Below are positions 50,468 through 63,588 of a stretch of 64,000 bases of DNA, piece after piece; position 1 is the first letter of the stretch; each line of letters starts with the position of its first letter. Location: contig NW_027254369.1 in the NCBI RefSeq assembly GCF_044704955.1, forward strand, positions 310,001 through 374,000, given 5' to 3'. This stretch comes from Pristiophorus japonicus (lineage: Eukaryota). The position numbers and the translations under genes were made by a program. Under the pieces are notes generated by a model. That model did no database searches. It was not told the DNA's origin and was given only the letters and a program-made list of their open reading frames with translations.

Positions 50468-50902
50468 CCAGCCGTGGCTCAGTGAGTAGCACACTCGCCT
50501 CTGAGTCAGAAGGTTGTGAGTTCAAGTCCCACTCCAGGGACTTGAGCATGAAATCTAGGCTGACACTCCCAATGCAGTGCTGAGGGAGTGCCGCACTGTT
50601 GGAGGTGCCGTCTTTCGGGTGAGGTGTTAAACCGAGGCCCCGTCTGCTTTCTTAGGTGGACATAAAGATCTCATGGCACTATTTTGAAGAGTAGAGGAGT
50701 TCTCCCCGGTGTCCTCCTCAACCAACATCACAAAAACAGATTATCTGGTCATTATCATTTTGCTGTTTGTGGGAGCTTGCTGTGCACAAATTGGCTGCCA
50801 CGTTTCCTACGTGACAACACTCCAAAAATTACTTCATTGGCTGTAAAGCGCTTTGGGACACCCAGATGTTGTGAAAGGCGCTATATAAATGCAAGTCTTT
50901 CT
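50468..50902 (+). mobile_element. Deu-domain SINE, near full length
   Basis: A and B boxes, Deu block and tail. Confidence 0.88.
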
Positions 50903-51259
50903 TGTTATTCTTTTTACGGGGTTAAAGGAGGTGGTTAAAACTTGGTGTTACTGTGCAGGATTACATTGCAGGGTTGTAACTTGGGTTTACAGTGCAGGGT
51001 CAGAATCCAAGGTTTCAGTCGAGGGTTAGATCAAAGGGTCACATTACAGGGCTCCAGCAACACAGTCACCAAACAAGTCCAGAGTGCATGGTTAGATATC
51101 TGGTCACAGAACTGGATCACACTGCAGGGTAGGGGCATGCTTATTGGATGAAACTCTAAAATAGATTTTTTTTGTTGCACCATTAAGTTATTAGTTTTTC
51201 TCTCTCTCCCTCTCTCTGAATATTGCTTCATCAACACAATGTTCAAGGGATAAAAACAG

Positions 51260-51812
51260 GAATATTGCGTACAGTTTTGGTTTCCATATTTATGAAAGGA
51301 TATACCTGCATTGGAGGCAGTTCAGAGAAGGTTCACTCGGTTGATTCCGGGGATGAGGGGGTTGACTTATGAGGAAAGGTTGAGGAGGTTGGGCCTCTAC
51401 TCATTGGAATTCAGAAGAATGAGAGGTGATCTTATCGAAATGTATAAGATTTTGAGGGGGCTTGACAAGGTGGATGCAGAGAGGATGTTTCCACTGGTGG
51501 GGGAGACTAGAACTAGAGAACATGATCTTAGACGAAGGGTCCGTCCATTTAAAACTGAGATGAGGAGGAATTTCTTCTCTCAGAGGGTTGTAAATCTGTG
51601 GAATTCGCTGCCTCAGAGAGCTGTAGAAGCTGGGACATTGAATGGATTTAAGACAGAGATAGGCAGTTTCTTAACCGATAAGGGAATAAGGGGTTATGGG
51701 GAGCAGGCAGGGAAGTGGACCCCAGTCCATGATCGGATCAGCCATGATCTTATTAAAGGGAGGAGCAGGCTCGAGGGGCCTACTTCTGCTCCTATTTCTT
51801 ATGTTCTTATGT
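51260..51812 (+). mobile_element. CR1 3' fragment
   Basis: ORF 51311-51814 encodes the RT C-terminus. Confidence 0.92.
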
Positions 51813-51814
51813 AA

Positions 51815-52020
51815 TGAAATGCCGAGCAGGTCAGACAGCCTCCGTGGAGAGAGAAACAGAGTTAATGTCTCAGGTCGATGACCTTTCGTCAGAACCCGAG
51901 GAGCCCTGTTAATTCAATAGATAGACGACCGGCCTGAAATGTTAACTCTGTTTCTGCCTGACCCACTGAGTATCTCCACTTCCATTTCAGATTTCCAAAA
52001 ACCGCAGTATTTAGCTTCTG
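51815..52020. mobile_element. Two Penelope-like terminal repeat remnants in inverted orientation
   Basis: Minus-strand CTGACGA-aaggtcatcgacct-GAGAC at ~51859-51897; plus-strand cctgaaatgttaactctgtttct at ~51932-51960. Confidence 0.65.
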
Positions 52021-52324
52021 TAAAAATAAGCCACAGCTATTTCTAAGCTCATGTCCAATTTTTGCTCTGATCCATGATGCTGATGCGTACCCCTCCGTAT
52101 ATCCTCGTCCCGATGACGTACCTGGGCTCCGCCCTTTCAAGGCAGTGGTGAGACTGCCTGCGTGGAATACTAAGGTGTTGAACTCACGGCCTATCCCTGG
52201 GATGCGGACTATTCCCGGGAAGCGCCAACTTAGCTCCGCTGCCAAGCGATTACGTCTTACTCTGATTCACTTTTAGACCAATCGCATCAATCGGCCTGGA
52301 TTATGGGCTCAAGTCTCTGGCCAC

Positions 52325-55300
52325 TGAATATAAAAGGGCTGCAGGAGGGGTCAAAACTAAAAATCATGGTTTAAAAACTAGGATGAAAACACTCTACCTA
52401 AACGCACGCAGCATTTGAAATAAAGTAAATGAGTTGACGGCACAAATCATTACAAATGGGTATGATTTGGTGGCCATTACAGAAACATGGTTGCAAGGTG
52501 GCCAAGACTGGGAATTAAACATACAGGGGTATCTGACGATTCAGAAAGATAGGCAAGAAGGGAAAGGAGGTGGGGTAGCTCTGTTAATAAAAGATGATAT
52601 CAGGGCAGTTGTGAGGGATGATATTGGCTCCAATGAACAAAACGTTGAATCATTGTGGGTGGAGATTAGAGATAGTAAGGGGAAAAAGTCACTAGTCGGC
52701 GTAGTTTATAGGCCCCCAAATAATAACTTCATGGTGGGGTGGGCAATAATCAAGGGAATAATGGGAGGCATGTGAAAAAGGAACGGCAGTAGTCATGGGG
52801 GATTTTAACCTACATATCGATTGGTCAAATCAAATCGCACGGGGTAGCCTGGAGGAGGAATTCATAGAATGCATACGGGATTGTTTCTTAGAACAGTATG
52901 TAACAGAACCTACAAGGGAGCAAGCCATCTTAGATCTGGTCCTGTGTAATGAGACAGGAAAAATAAACGATCTCCTCGTAAAAGATCCTCTCGGAATGAG
53001 TGATCACAATATGGTTGAATTTGTAATACAGATTGAGGATGAGGAAGTTGTGTCAGAAACGAGCGTACTATGCTTAAACAAAGGGGACTACAGTGGGATG
53101 AGGGCAGAGTTGGCTAACGTAGACTGGAAACAAGGACTAAACGGTGGCACAATTGAGGAACAGTGGAGGACTTTTAAGGAGCTCTTTCATAGTGCGCAAC
53201 AAAAATATATTCCAGTGAAAAAGAAGGGCGGCAAGAGAAGGGATAACCAGCCGTGGATAACCAAGGAAATAAAGGAAAGTATCAAATCAAAGACCAATGC
53301 GTATAAGGTGGCCAAGGTTAGTGGGAAACTAGCGAATTGGGAAAATTTTAAGCAACAGCAAAGAATGACTAAAAAAGCAATAAAGGGAAGATAGATTCCG
53401 AAGGTAAACTTGCGCAAAACATAAAAACAGATAGTAAAAGCTTTTACAGATATATAAAATGGAAAAGAGTGACTAAAGTAAATGTTGGTCCCTTAGAAGA
53501 TGAAAGGGGGGATTTAATAATGGGAAATGTGGAAATGGCTGAGACCTTAAACAATTATTTTGCTTCCGTCTTCACAGTGGAAGACACAAAAACCATGCCA
53601 AAAATTGCAGGCCACAGGAATGTGGGAAGGGAGAACCTGGAGACAACCACTATCACTAGGGGGTAGTGCTGGACAGGCTAATGGGACTGAAGGTAGACAA
53701 GTCCCCTGGTCCTGATGAAATGCATCCCAGGGTATTAAAAGAGATGGCGGAAGTTATAGCAGATGCATTCGTTATAATCTACCAAAATTCTCTGGACTCT
53801 GGGGAGGTACCAGTGGATTGGAAAGCAGCTAATGTAACGCCTCTGTTTAAAAAAGGGGGCAGACAAAAGGCAGGTAACTATAGGCCAGTTAGTTTAACAT
53901 CTGTAGTGGGGAAAATGCTTGAAACTATCATTAAGGAAGAAATAGCGGGACATCTGGATAGGAATAGTGCAATCAAGCAGACGCAGCATGGATTCATGAA
54001 AGGGAAATCATGTTTAACTAACTTACTGGAATTCTTTGAGGATATAACGAGCATGATAGATAGAGATGTACCGATGGATGTGGTGTATTTAGATTTCCAA
54101 AAGGCATTCGATAAGGTGCCACACAAAAGGTTACTGCAGAAGATAAAGGTACGCGGAATCAGAGGAAATGTATTAGCATGGATAGAGAATTGGCTGGCTA
54201 ACAGAAAGCAGAGAGTCGGGATAAATGGGTCCTTTTCCGGTTGGAAATCAGTGGTTAGTGGTGTGCCACAGGGATCAGTGCTGGGACCACAACTGTTTAC
54301 AATATACATAGATGACCTAGAAGAGGGGATAGAGTGTAGTGCAACAAAATTTGCAGATGACACAAAGATTAGTGGGAAAGCGGGTTGTGTAGAGGACTCA
54401 GAGAGGCTGCAAGGAGATTTGGATAGGTTAAGCGAATGGGCTAAGGTTTGGCAGATGGAATACAATGTCGGAAAGTGTGAGGTCATCCACCTTGGGAAAA
54501 AAAACAGTAAAAGGGAATATTATTTGAATGGGGAGAAATTACAACATGCTGTGGTGCAGAGGGACCTGGGGGTCCTTGTGCATGAAACTCTTTTTGGATC
54601 CTTGTGCATGAAACTCTTTTGAAATCCCAAAAGGTTAGTTTGCAGGTGCAGCAGGTAATCAGGAAGGCGAATGGAATGTTGGTCTTCATTGCGAGAGGGA
54701 TGGAGTACAAAAGCAGGGAGGTCTTGCTGCAACTGTACAGGGTATTGGTGAGGCCGCACCTGGAGTACTGTGTGCAGTTTTGGTCACCTTACTTAAGGAA
54801 GGATAAACTAGCTTTGGAGGGGGTACAGAGACGATTCACTAGGCTGATTCCAGAAATGAGGGGGTTACCTTATGATGATAGATTGAGTAGACTGGGTCTT
54901 TACTCATTGGAGTTCAGAAGGATGAGGGGTGATCTTATAGAAACATTTAAAATCATGAAAGGGATAGACAAGATAGAGGCAGAGAGGTTGTTTCCACTGG
55001 TAGGGGAGACTAGAACTAGGGGGCACAGCCTCAAAATACGGAGGAGCCAATTTAAAACCGAGTTGAGAAGGAATTTCTTCTCCCAGAGGGTTGTGAATCT
55101 GTGGAATTCTCTGCCCAAGGAAGCAGTTGAGGCTGGCTCATTGAATATTTTCAAGTCAAAGATAGATAGATTTTTAACCAATGAGGGAATTAAGGGTTAC
55201 GGGGAGCGGGCGGGTAAGTGGAGCTGAGTCCACGACCAGATCAGCCATGATCTTATTGAATGGCGGAGCAGGCTCGAGGGGCTAGATGGCCGACTCCTGT

Positions 55301-55332
55301 TCCTAATTCTTATATTCTTATGTTCTTATGTC
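52325..55332 (+). mobile_element. CR1 LINE with nearly complete but disrupted ORF2 (APE endonuclease plus RT)
   Basis: YLNARS, AITETW, GGGVALLIK, VVYRPPN, GDFN, SDH and RT motifs, with stops and frameshifts; inserted into a SINE fragment (agtctctgg/tgtctctgg flanks). Confidence 0.95.
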
Positions 55333-55839
55333 TCTGGAGTGGGACTTGAACCCACAACCTTCTGACTCAGAGACAAGAGAGCGACCCACTGTGTCAGTGC
55401 TGATAGAAATAGAAATTAATTAAATAACTCTAAAATAGTGAAGATTTGTTAAAAAAAACTACAACATAGAGTCGCTGTTATACCAGGGCGAGACGAGCTA
55501 AGACCATGAGGAAGCAGCACTCACTCACAGCAAGGCATAAATAACTTTTCAAATACGAACCGTAACATCTCTTACACAAAACGTCAAGCTATTTATGAAA
55601 ATACAACGCTTTAGAGGGCAGCCGGACTAATCCAATATCGGTTGGCAGGACAGAGCTTAAGGCTCAAGACAGGTAAATACCCGTCTCGGGTTGGTATCTA
55701 AAACGTCAACACATTAGCACGGAAAATCTTCCCAATTGTACGATGAAGTGAGGAAGCACGTTGGCAGCAGCCGAGTGCAAGCGGCAGGAAATCGATGGCA
55801 CGGTGCAGGAAGATGGGGGCAGGAACAACAACGCCTTTA

Positions 55840-56440
55840 AAAGCTTGGTCAAAGAGGTAGGTTTTAAGGAGTGTCTTGAAGGAGGAAAGAGAGGTAGAGA
55901 GGCAGCGAGGTTTAGGGAGGGAGTTCCAGAGCTTGGGGCACAGGCAACAGAAGGCACGGCCACCAATGGTTGAGCGATTATAATCAGGGATGCTCAGGAG
56001 AGCAGAATTAGAGGATCACAGATATCTCGATGGGTTGTGGGGCTGGAGGAGATTACAGAGATAGGGAGGGGCAAGGCCATGGAGGGATTTGAAAATAAGG
56101 AGGAGAATTTTGAAACCGAGGCATTACTTAACTGGGAGCCAAGGTAGGTCAGCGAGCACAGGGGGTGATGGGTGAACGGGACTTGGTGCGAGTTAGGACA
56201 CGGGCAGACGAATTTTGGATCACCTCTAGTTTATGTAGGGTAGAACGTGGGAGGCCAGCCAGGAGTGCGTTAGAATAGTCAAGTATAGAGGTAACAGAGG
56301 CGTGGATGAGGGCTTCATCAGCGGATGCGCTGAGGCAGGGGTGGAGACGGGCGATGCTACGGAGGTCGAAATAGGCGGTCTTAGTTATGCTGCGGATATG
56401 TGGCTGAAAGCTCATCTCAGGGTCAAATATGACTCCAAGA
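55840..56440 (-). mobile_element. L2 LINE fragment
   Basis: LRSIARL..LIHASVTSILDYSNALLAGLP..IQNSSARVLTRTK. Confidence 0.9.
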
Positions 56441-56489
56441 AAGATGGCGTTATGAAGATGGAGGCAGTGAGATAATAATAATAACGTTT

Positions 56490-57215
56490 ATTTTTATATA
56501 GCAGTTTTAACAGTAAAACATCCCAAGGCGTTTCACAGCAATGTTGCAAGACAAAACAGATAAACTTAGACCGAGCCACAAAAGAAGAAATTAAGGCAGA
56601 TGACCAAAAACTTGTTTAAAGAGGTAGGTTTTAAGGAGCGTCGTAAAGGAGGAAAGAGAGGGAGAGAGGCGGAGAGGTTTAGGGAGGGAGTTCCAGAGCT
56701 TGGGGCCCAAACAGCTGAAGGCACGGCTACCGATGGTTGAGCAGTTATAATGAGGGATGTTCAAGAGGCCAGAATTTGAGGAGCGCTGACATCTTGTGGG
56801 GTTGTGAGGCTGGAGGAGATTACAGAGATAGGGAGGGGCGAGGCCATGGAGGGATTTGAGAACAAGGATGAGAATTTTGAAATCGAGGCGCAGCTTAACC
56901 GGGAGCCAATGTAGGTCAGCGAGCACAGGGGGTGATGGGTGGGCGGGACTTGGTGAAACTTAGGACATGGGCAGCTGAGTTTTGGATGAGCTGGAGTTTA
57001 TGGAGGGTAGAATGTGGGAGGCCGGCCAGGAGAGCGTTTGAATAGTCGACTCCAGAGGTAACAAAGGCACGGATGAGGGTTTCAGCAGCGGAGGAGTCGG
57101 GCGATGTTACGGAGGCGGAAGTAGGCGGTCTGGGTGATGGAAGCTCAGCTCGGGGTGAAACACGACACCCAGGTAGCGAACGGTCTGGTTCAGCCTCAGA
57201 CTGATGCCAGACAAA
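56490..57215 (-). mobile_element. L2 LINE 3' fragment
   Basis: LADLHWLPVKLRLDFKIL..APPYL..LWNSLP..LKTYLF. Confidence 0.9.
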
Positions 57216-57419
57216 CCTCCCTGGAATCTACAGAATCGTCAGTGAACACTATGGTATCCTTCAGAGTCTCTTGGCGGAAAACTTTGTGAAATCACAATAA
57301 TTGTGACGTTAATCCTTTTCAGTGCCAGTTGAGGTAGACGTTGCACTTGATGCAAGGACACCTGCTTACGCTGCAGGGTTACGAAGATACGGTCAGAGGG
57401 ATGAGATAAGGCTAGCAGC

Positions 57420-57915
57420 CATCACCTCTCATTCTTCTGAACTCCAATGTGTAGAGGCCCAACCTACTCAACCTATCCTCGTAAGTCAACCCTCTCATAG
57501 AAACATCTCCGGAATCAACCGAGTGAGCCTTCTCTGAACAGCCTCCAATGCAAGTATATCCTTCCTTAAATACGGAGACCAAAACTGCATGCAGTACTCC
57601 AGCTGTGGCCTCACTAATACCCCGTACAGTTGTAGCAGGACCCCTCCGCTTCCACACTCTATCCATCCCTCTCCCCGCAATAAAGGCCAACATTCCATCT
57701 GCCCACCCCCCACCCCCCCACCGATCACCCACTGTAGCTGCATACCAACCCTTTGTGTTTCATGAACGAGGACCCTCAGGTCCCTCTGTACTGCAGCACC
57801 TTGCAATCTTTCTCCATTTAAATTATAATTTGCTTTTCTATTTTTTCTGCCAAAGTGGATAACCTCACACTCTCCCACACTATACTCCATCCGTCAAATT
57901 TTTTGCCCACTCACC
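57420..57915 (-). mobile_element. CR1 fragment
   Basis: CEVIHFGRKN..LEYCMQFWSPYLRKD. Confidence 0.88.
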
Positions 57916-57929
57916 GACTGTAGGATATG

Positions 57930-58290
57930 TGACAGCCAATTTGCACACAGCAAGCTCCCACAAACAGCAATGTGATAATGACCAGATAATCTAGTTTTTT
58001 TTAGTGATGTTGGTTGAGGGATAAGTATTGACCGGGACACTGGGGATAACTCCCCTGCTCTTCTTTGAAATCGTGCCGTGGGATCTTTTATGTCCACCTG
58101 AGAGAGCAGACGGGGCCTCGGTTGAACGTCTCATCCGAAAGACAGCACCTCCGACAGTGCGGCACTCCTTCAGCATTGCACTGGGAGTGTCAGCCTAGAT
58201 TTTTGTGCTCAAGTCCCTGGAGTGGGACTCTGAACCCACAACCTTCTGACTCAGAGGCGAGGGTGCTGCCCACTGAGCCGCGGTTGACAC
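57930..58290 (-). mobile_element. Deu-domain SINE
   Basis: Family match. Confidence 0.88.
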
Positions 58291-58399
58291 ACGAAGTAAA
58301 GGAGGGTGGGAGGAGGCTTGTGTGGAGCATAAGCACCAGCACGAACCTGTTGGGCCGAATGGTATGTCCCTGCGGTGTAAGCACTATGTAATACTAGAA

Positions 58400-60720
58400 C
58401 AGTACCAGGGGTGAGGGACCTCAGTTATGTAGAGAGACTGGAGAAGTTGGGGCTGCTCTCCTGAGAGCAGAGAAGGTTAAGGGGAGATTTAATAAAAGTG
58501 TTCAATGTCACAAGGGGTATTGATAGAGTAGACTTGGAGGGTCAGTAACCAGAGGACAAAGATTTAAGATAATTGGCAAAAGAGCCATGCCGGGAGATGA
58601 AGAGACTTTTTTTAAAGTTTTGATCTGGAATGCGCTGCCTGAAAGCGTGGTGGATGTAGATTTGATCGTGCAAAAGGGAATTGGATAAATACATGAAGGG
58701 GGAAAATTTGCCGGGCTTTTGGGCAAGGACAGGGCAGTGGGACTAATTGGATCGCTCTTTCAATGAGCCGGCACAGGCACGATGGGCCGAATGGCCTCCT
58801 TCTGTGCTGTACGATTCCATGAAGTCAGGTGGAAGGAGTCATGTGTTGAGCATGAACACCACCCGTTGGGCCTGTTTCTGGGCTGTTACTTCTATTCTGC
58901 GGGCCCTCCTCTCCCCTCCCACTTTCACTGGTCCCAAATGGATGGACCCGGTGACAATCAATGGAAGCAACAATTGGGCTGTCGCAATTGAATTGAGCGC
59001 TTGCAGAGTAGGGGGATATCAGCCAGGGCACCCGATCAGTGACCAGCGCCCAGTGTTTCATAGAAACATAGAAAGTAGGTGCAGGAGTAGGCCATTCGGC
59101 CCTTCGAGCCTGCACCACCATTCAATATGATCATGGCTCCCATTGTGAGTGCAAGGAGTGGGTTTGGTTATGGTTCCCTCCATAGTTGAATAGCCCAGCC
59201 GATAGCGTTGTGCGGAGTGGGAGGATTACGTCCAGTGATGTGTCGTGATTAGCTTTGGTCCCCGGGATGTCTCAGGGAGTTGGGGAGCAATTTCCGAGTG
59301 TTTTCCCTGAAATTGGCCAGAGTTTTATTCTCTTGTCTGCCCCCAGGAGTTTGTACCACCAGCGGTTGGGGAGGATGGAGCACTGTCTAATGGATGCAGA
59401 GAGGATGTCTCCACTCGTGGGGGAAACTAGGGCTAGGAGTGGGGGGCCTCCCATTTAAAGCTGAGATGAGGAGGAATTTCTTCTCTCAGAGGGTTGGAAA
59501 TCTGTGGAATTCTCTGCCCAGAGAGCTGTGGAGGCTGGGTCATTGAATATATTTAAGGTGGAGATAGACAGATTTTTGAACGATAAGGGAGTAAAGGGTT
59601 ATGGGGAGCGGGCAGGGAAGTGGAGCTGAGTCCATGATCGGATCAGCCATGATCTTATTAAATGGTGGAGCAGGCTCGAGGGGCCAGGTGGCCTCCTCCT
59701 GCTCCTATTTCTTATGTTCTTATAACAACAGTGACTACACTTCAAAAGTACTTCATTAGCTTTGAGCATAAGAACACAAGAACATGAGAATTAGGAACAG
59801 GAGTAGGCCATCTAGCCCCTCGAGCCTGCTCCGCCATTCAACAAGATCATGGCTGATCTGGCCGTGGACTCAGCTCTACTTACCCACCCGCTCCGCGTAA
59901 CCCTTAATTCCCTTATTGGTTAAAAATCTATCTATCTGTGATTTAGACGTTTGGTGGTCATGAAAGGTGCTATATAAATGCAAGTCTTTCTTTCATCCCA
60001 TCGACATATCCTTCTATTCTTATTCCCCTCGCGTGCTTATCCAGCCACCTCCAAAATGCATCTGCGATAGCTCAGAGAAGTTATAAAGTCTGGAACCCAT
60101 ACTGTTGCTCCCCTCGCCTCCTGCAGCTCGATTCAGGAAGCACCTGGCCGACAATGAGCCGCTGGGGTTTAGAAGAACGAGGGGTGATCTCGATGAAAAC
60201 ACGTAAGATTCTGAGGGGGAGTGACAAGGTAGATGCCGAGAGGTCGTTTCCTCTGGCTGGAGAGTCCAGGACAAAGCACAACGCTTGACTGGCTTCCCAT
60301 CCACCACCTTCAACATTCACTCCCTCCACCACCGGCGCCCCCTGGCTGCAGTGTACAAGACGCACTGCAGCAGCTCGCCAAGGCTTCTTCGGCAGCACCT
60401 CCCAAACCCGCGACCTCTACCGCCTAGAAGGACAAGGACAAGGGCAGCAGGTGCATGGGAACATCACCCACCACCTCTAAGTTCCCCTCCCAGTCACACA
60501 CCATCCTGACCTGGAAATATAGCGGCCGTTCCTTCATCGTCGCTGGGTCAAAATCCTGGAACTCCCTCCCTAACAGCACTGTGGGAGCACCTTCACCACA
60601 CGGGACTGCAGCGGCTCAAGAAGGCGGCTCACCACCACCTTCTCAAGGGGCAATTCGGGATGGGCAATAAATGCCGACCTTTGCCACATCCCGTGAATGG
60701 ATAAAGAGAACAAACCAGGG
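58400..60720. mobile_element. Cluster of short CR1/LINE 3' fragments and SINE tails
   Basis: CR1 pieces at ~58400-58820, 59390-59722, 59767-59945 (minus) and 60165-60265; second-family LINE at 60262-60700. Confidence 0.75.
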
Positions 60721-60846
60721 GGCACAGTCTCAGGATGAGGGGTCTGGGATGAGGAGGCAGTGAGTGGGTTTTGGTGCAGCGGGTGCCCGAGTGTGAGCAG
60801 CGTGGAGTGAGGCAAGCGTGAGAAGCAGCGTGATGGCGATACTCAC

Positions 60847-60997
60847 TGACACACTGATAACCGCTTTTACTGCTCAGTGACTTGCTGCATAATGTACAGT
60901 TGGTGCAGCTGGAAAATGTCCCCGGCACCAAGTGGTGGCCATTGTCACACTTTCTCTTTTCTTTTGGACTTTCCTTCTCTTTCTCTTTGGTCTTACC
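60847..60997 (-). CDS. ARHGEF18: Coding exon, N-terminal half of C1 zinc finger (GKTKEKEKESPKEKRKCDNGHHLVPGTFSSCTNCTLCSKSLSSKSGYQCV)
   Basis: Acceptor tttcc(t)n-ag, donor TCA|gtgagt; 151 nt, phase 0 to phase 1. Contains H-x12-C-x2-C-x11-C and the NGH..PGTFS motif of Lbc-family C1 domains. Confidence 0.88.
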
Positions 60998-61144
60998 CTA
61001 AAAAAAAAGGAAACACAAAAAAAAGTGGTTCACATCAAAGAGTGAAAGGAGCGGGAGGAGGCCATTCGGCCCCTCTTGTGCCTGCCCTGCCATCCAATGG
61101 GATCATGGTGGGATTTGCACCTTATCTCCACTGACCCGCCATGT

Positions 61145-61915
61145 GCCTATATTCTCTGGAGTTTAGAAGAATGAGAGGTGATCTTGTTGAAAACACATAA
61201 GATTCTGAGGGGGATTGACAAGGTAGATGCTGGGAGGATGTTTCCCCCGGGCTGGGCACAGTCTCAGGATAAGGGGGTCGGCCATTTAGAAACATAGAAA
61301 TTTACAGCGCAGAAGGAGGCCATTCCGGCCCATCGTGTCTGCGCCGGCCGACAAAGAGCCGCACGGCCCTCGGTCAGCAGCCCTAAAGGTTACATACAAA
61401 CCCATGAACAATAACGGAAAGGCAAAGAGCACCCGGCCCAACCAGTCTGCCCCACACCACTGCAACACCCCTTACACTAAAAACATCTACACTCCACCCC
61501 AACTGGAGCCATGTGATCTCCTGGGAGAGGCAAAAACCAGATGAAAACCCAGGCCAATTTAGGAAGAAAAAAAACTGGGAAAATAATGGACTCTAGGGGA
61601 AATCAAGGGATTATGGGGATCGGGCGGGAAAGTGGAGCTGAGGTCAAAGGTCAGCCGTGATCTTATTGAATGGCGGTGCAGGCTCGAGGGGCTATGTCGC
61701 CGACTCCTAATTTTTATGTTCCTATGTTTCGTAACCCTTAATCGCCGTGTCCAACAACAAACGTATCATCTCACTTTTGACATTTTCAGTTGAACCCCTC
61801 ACCCCCAACTCCCGAACCCCCGAACCCCCTTCCCCAACCTCAACAGCTTTTTTGGGGGCGAGAGTTCCAGATTTCCACCACCCTTTGTGTGACCAAGTGC
61901 TTCCTGAATGGCCCT
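61145..61915. mobile_element. Nested CR1 3' fragments
   Basis: Plus-strand CR1 interrupted at ~61287-61585 by a minus-strand element with a tagaaacatagaaa tail. Confidence 0.7.
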
Positions 61916-62361
61916 AGTTGTGACCAATAGGTGACCATCTCAGTGAGGATCTGGCAGCAAATGCACTTCTCAGCTGGGCTCGATTGGCAAGTGCCCGGTT
62001 CAGCCGGGTCCGACTGGCACGCACAGATCCCAGACCAACTCTCCTTGTTCGCACCCATCTCAGGTTCCGCTGGTGAGGGTAAGCACCTACCTTTTTCCTT
62101 CAAATTCGGCAGACTCTTGCCAAAATAATGAATAATTCTGGCACGACGATGCCAATACTGCGCAGTCGTTCTACCCTCCTTCCTTGGAGATCATCAACGT
62201 AGCACTGCCTGTAACATACGTCGGGCAGCTTTGTACGCTATAGACTCCTGGTCGTCGAGGGAGGGGGTAGAATCTGGTGAATTCATTTCACATCATAGCT
62301 GCTCGGGGCCAGTTGGTCTTCGCTCCATTTGCCTTGGGACTGGGTTTGGAATTCAGATCCA

Positions 62362-62395
<34 letters not shown>

Positions 62396-62514
62396 AGCCT
62401 TCCCAACACTCCCCATTTTCCGCGCACGATCGACCAATCCTGCAAATCTCTCGCCCTCCCCTGCCCACCTTCCTCCTGGTACGTTTGATTCCAAGATAAT
62501 TAAACCCTTCTCAC

Positions 62515-62617
62515 CTTATCCTTGAAGGAGCCAGTCACCCTGTTCCTGAGAGAACTTAACGTCCTTTTCACTTTCGTTCCTTTCTCCGGCCTGTCGCTTT
62601 TTTCACCATCCTCCTTT
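62515..62617 (-). CDS. ARHGEF18: Coding exon of Lbc-family RhoGEF (KEDGEKSDRPEKGTKVKRTLSSLRNRVTGSFKDK)
   Basis: Minus-strand acceptor ctttctcttccttctgtttaaag and donor AAG|gtgaga; 103 nt, open, ends in phase 0 matching the next exon. The GTKVKRTLSSLRNRV motif resembles the pre-C1 segment of ARHGEF18/ARHGEF28/AKAP13, from recall. An alternative AG 4 nt downstream is possible. Confidence 0.8.
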
Positions 62618-62844
62618 CTTTAAACAGAAGGAAGAGAAAGTTATAAGCTTACACAATCAGACTTAACGCACAATTTGCTGGAATGAAGGAAGCTCTTCAA
62701 ATGAGTGCACCAGCATCTCATTAAATTGGTGATTTTCTTCAAATTATTTGTCTTTGCTGATTTAATTTTTCTTCCCTTGGTCCTGAACTGGGCATTGAAT
62801 TTAACCCTTGAGTCTCCAAGTCCCAGTTTTTTTTAAAACTTAGT

Positions 62845-63588
62845 GCTGCCTTTCAGATGAGATGTTAAACCGAGGCCCCGTCTGCCAGCTCGGGGGGGGA
62901 GGGGTGCGTGGGGGTGTGTGTAAAAGATCCCATGGTACTATTTCAAAGAGTTCTCCCCCGGTGTCCTGGCCAATATTTATCCCTCAACCAAAATCATAAA
63001 ACACAGATGATCTGGTCATTATCCCATTGCTGTTTGTGGGAGCTTGCTGTGCGCAAATTGGCTGCCGCGTTTCCCACATTACAACAGTGGCTACACTCCA
63101 AAAAGTACTTCATCGGCTGTGAAGCGATTTGGGACGTCCCGAGGTCGTGAAAGATGCCGTGTAAATACAAGGCGTCATTTTCCAGCGACCCGAGCGCAAT
63201 AAATCCAGGCTGACACTCCCAGTGCGGTGCTGAGGGAGTGCTGCACTGCCGGAGGTGCCGCCTTTCAGATGAGACGTTAAACCGAGGCCCCGTCTGCTCT
63301 CTCAGGTGGATGTAAAAGATCCCACGGCCACTATTTCGTAGAAGAGCAGGGGAGTTATCCCTGGTGTTCTGGGCCAATATTTATCCCTCAATCAACATCA
63401 CTGAAAAACAGATTATCTGGTCATTGTCACACTGCTGTTTGTGGGAGCTTGCTGTGCGCAAATTAGCTGCCGCGTTTGCTACATTAGAACAGCGACTACA
63501 CTTCAAAAGTACTTAATTGGCTGCGAAGCGCTTTGGGGCGTCCTGTGGTCATGAAAGGCGCTATATAAATGCAAGTCTTGCTTTCTTT
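62845..63588 (+). mobile_element. Two tandem 5'-truncated Deu-domain SINEs
   Basis: Family match at ~62845-63175 and ~63200-63588. Confidence 0.85.

Noticed and set aside
52434-55227. Possible active LINE ORF2
   Set aside because: Stops and frameshifts break it into at least five pieces; no ORF1.
62088-62350. Minus-strand donor AAG|gtaggt between two real exons
   Set aside because: Stops in all frames upstream and no clean acceptor.
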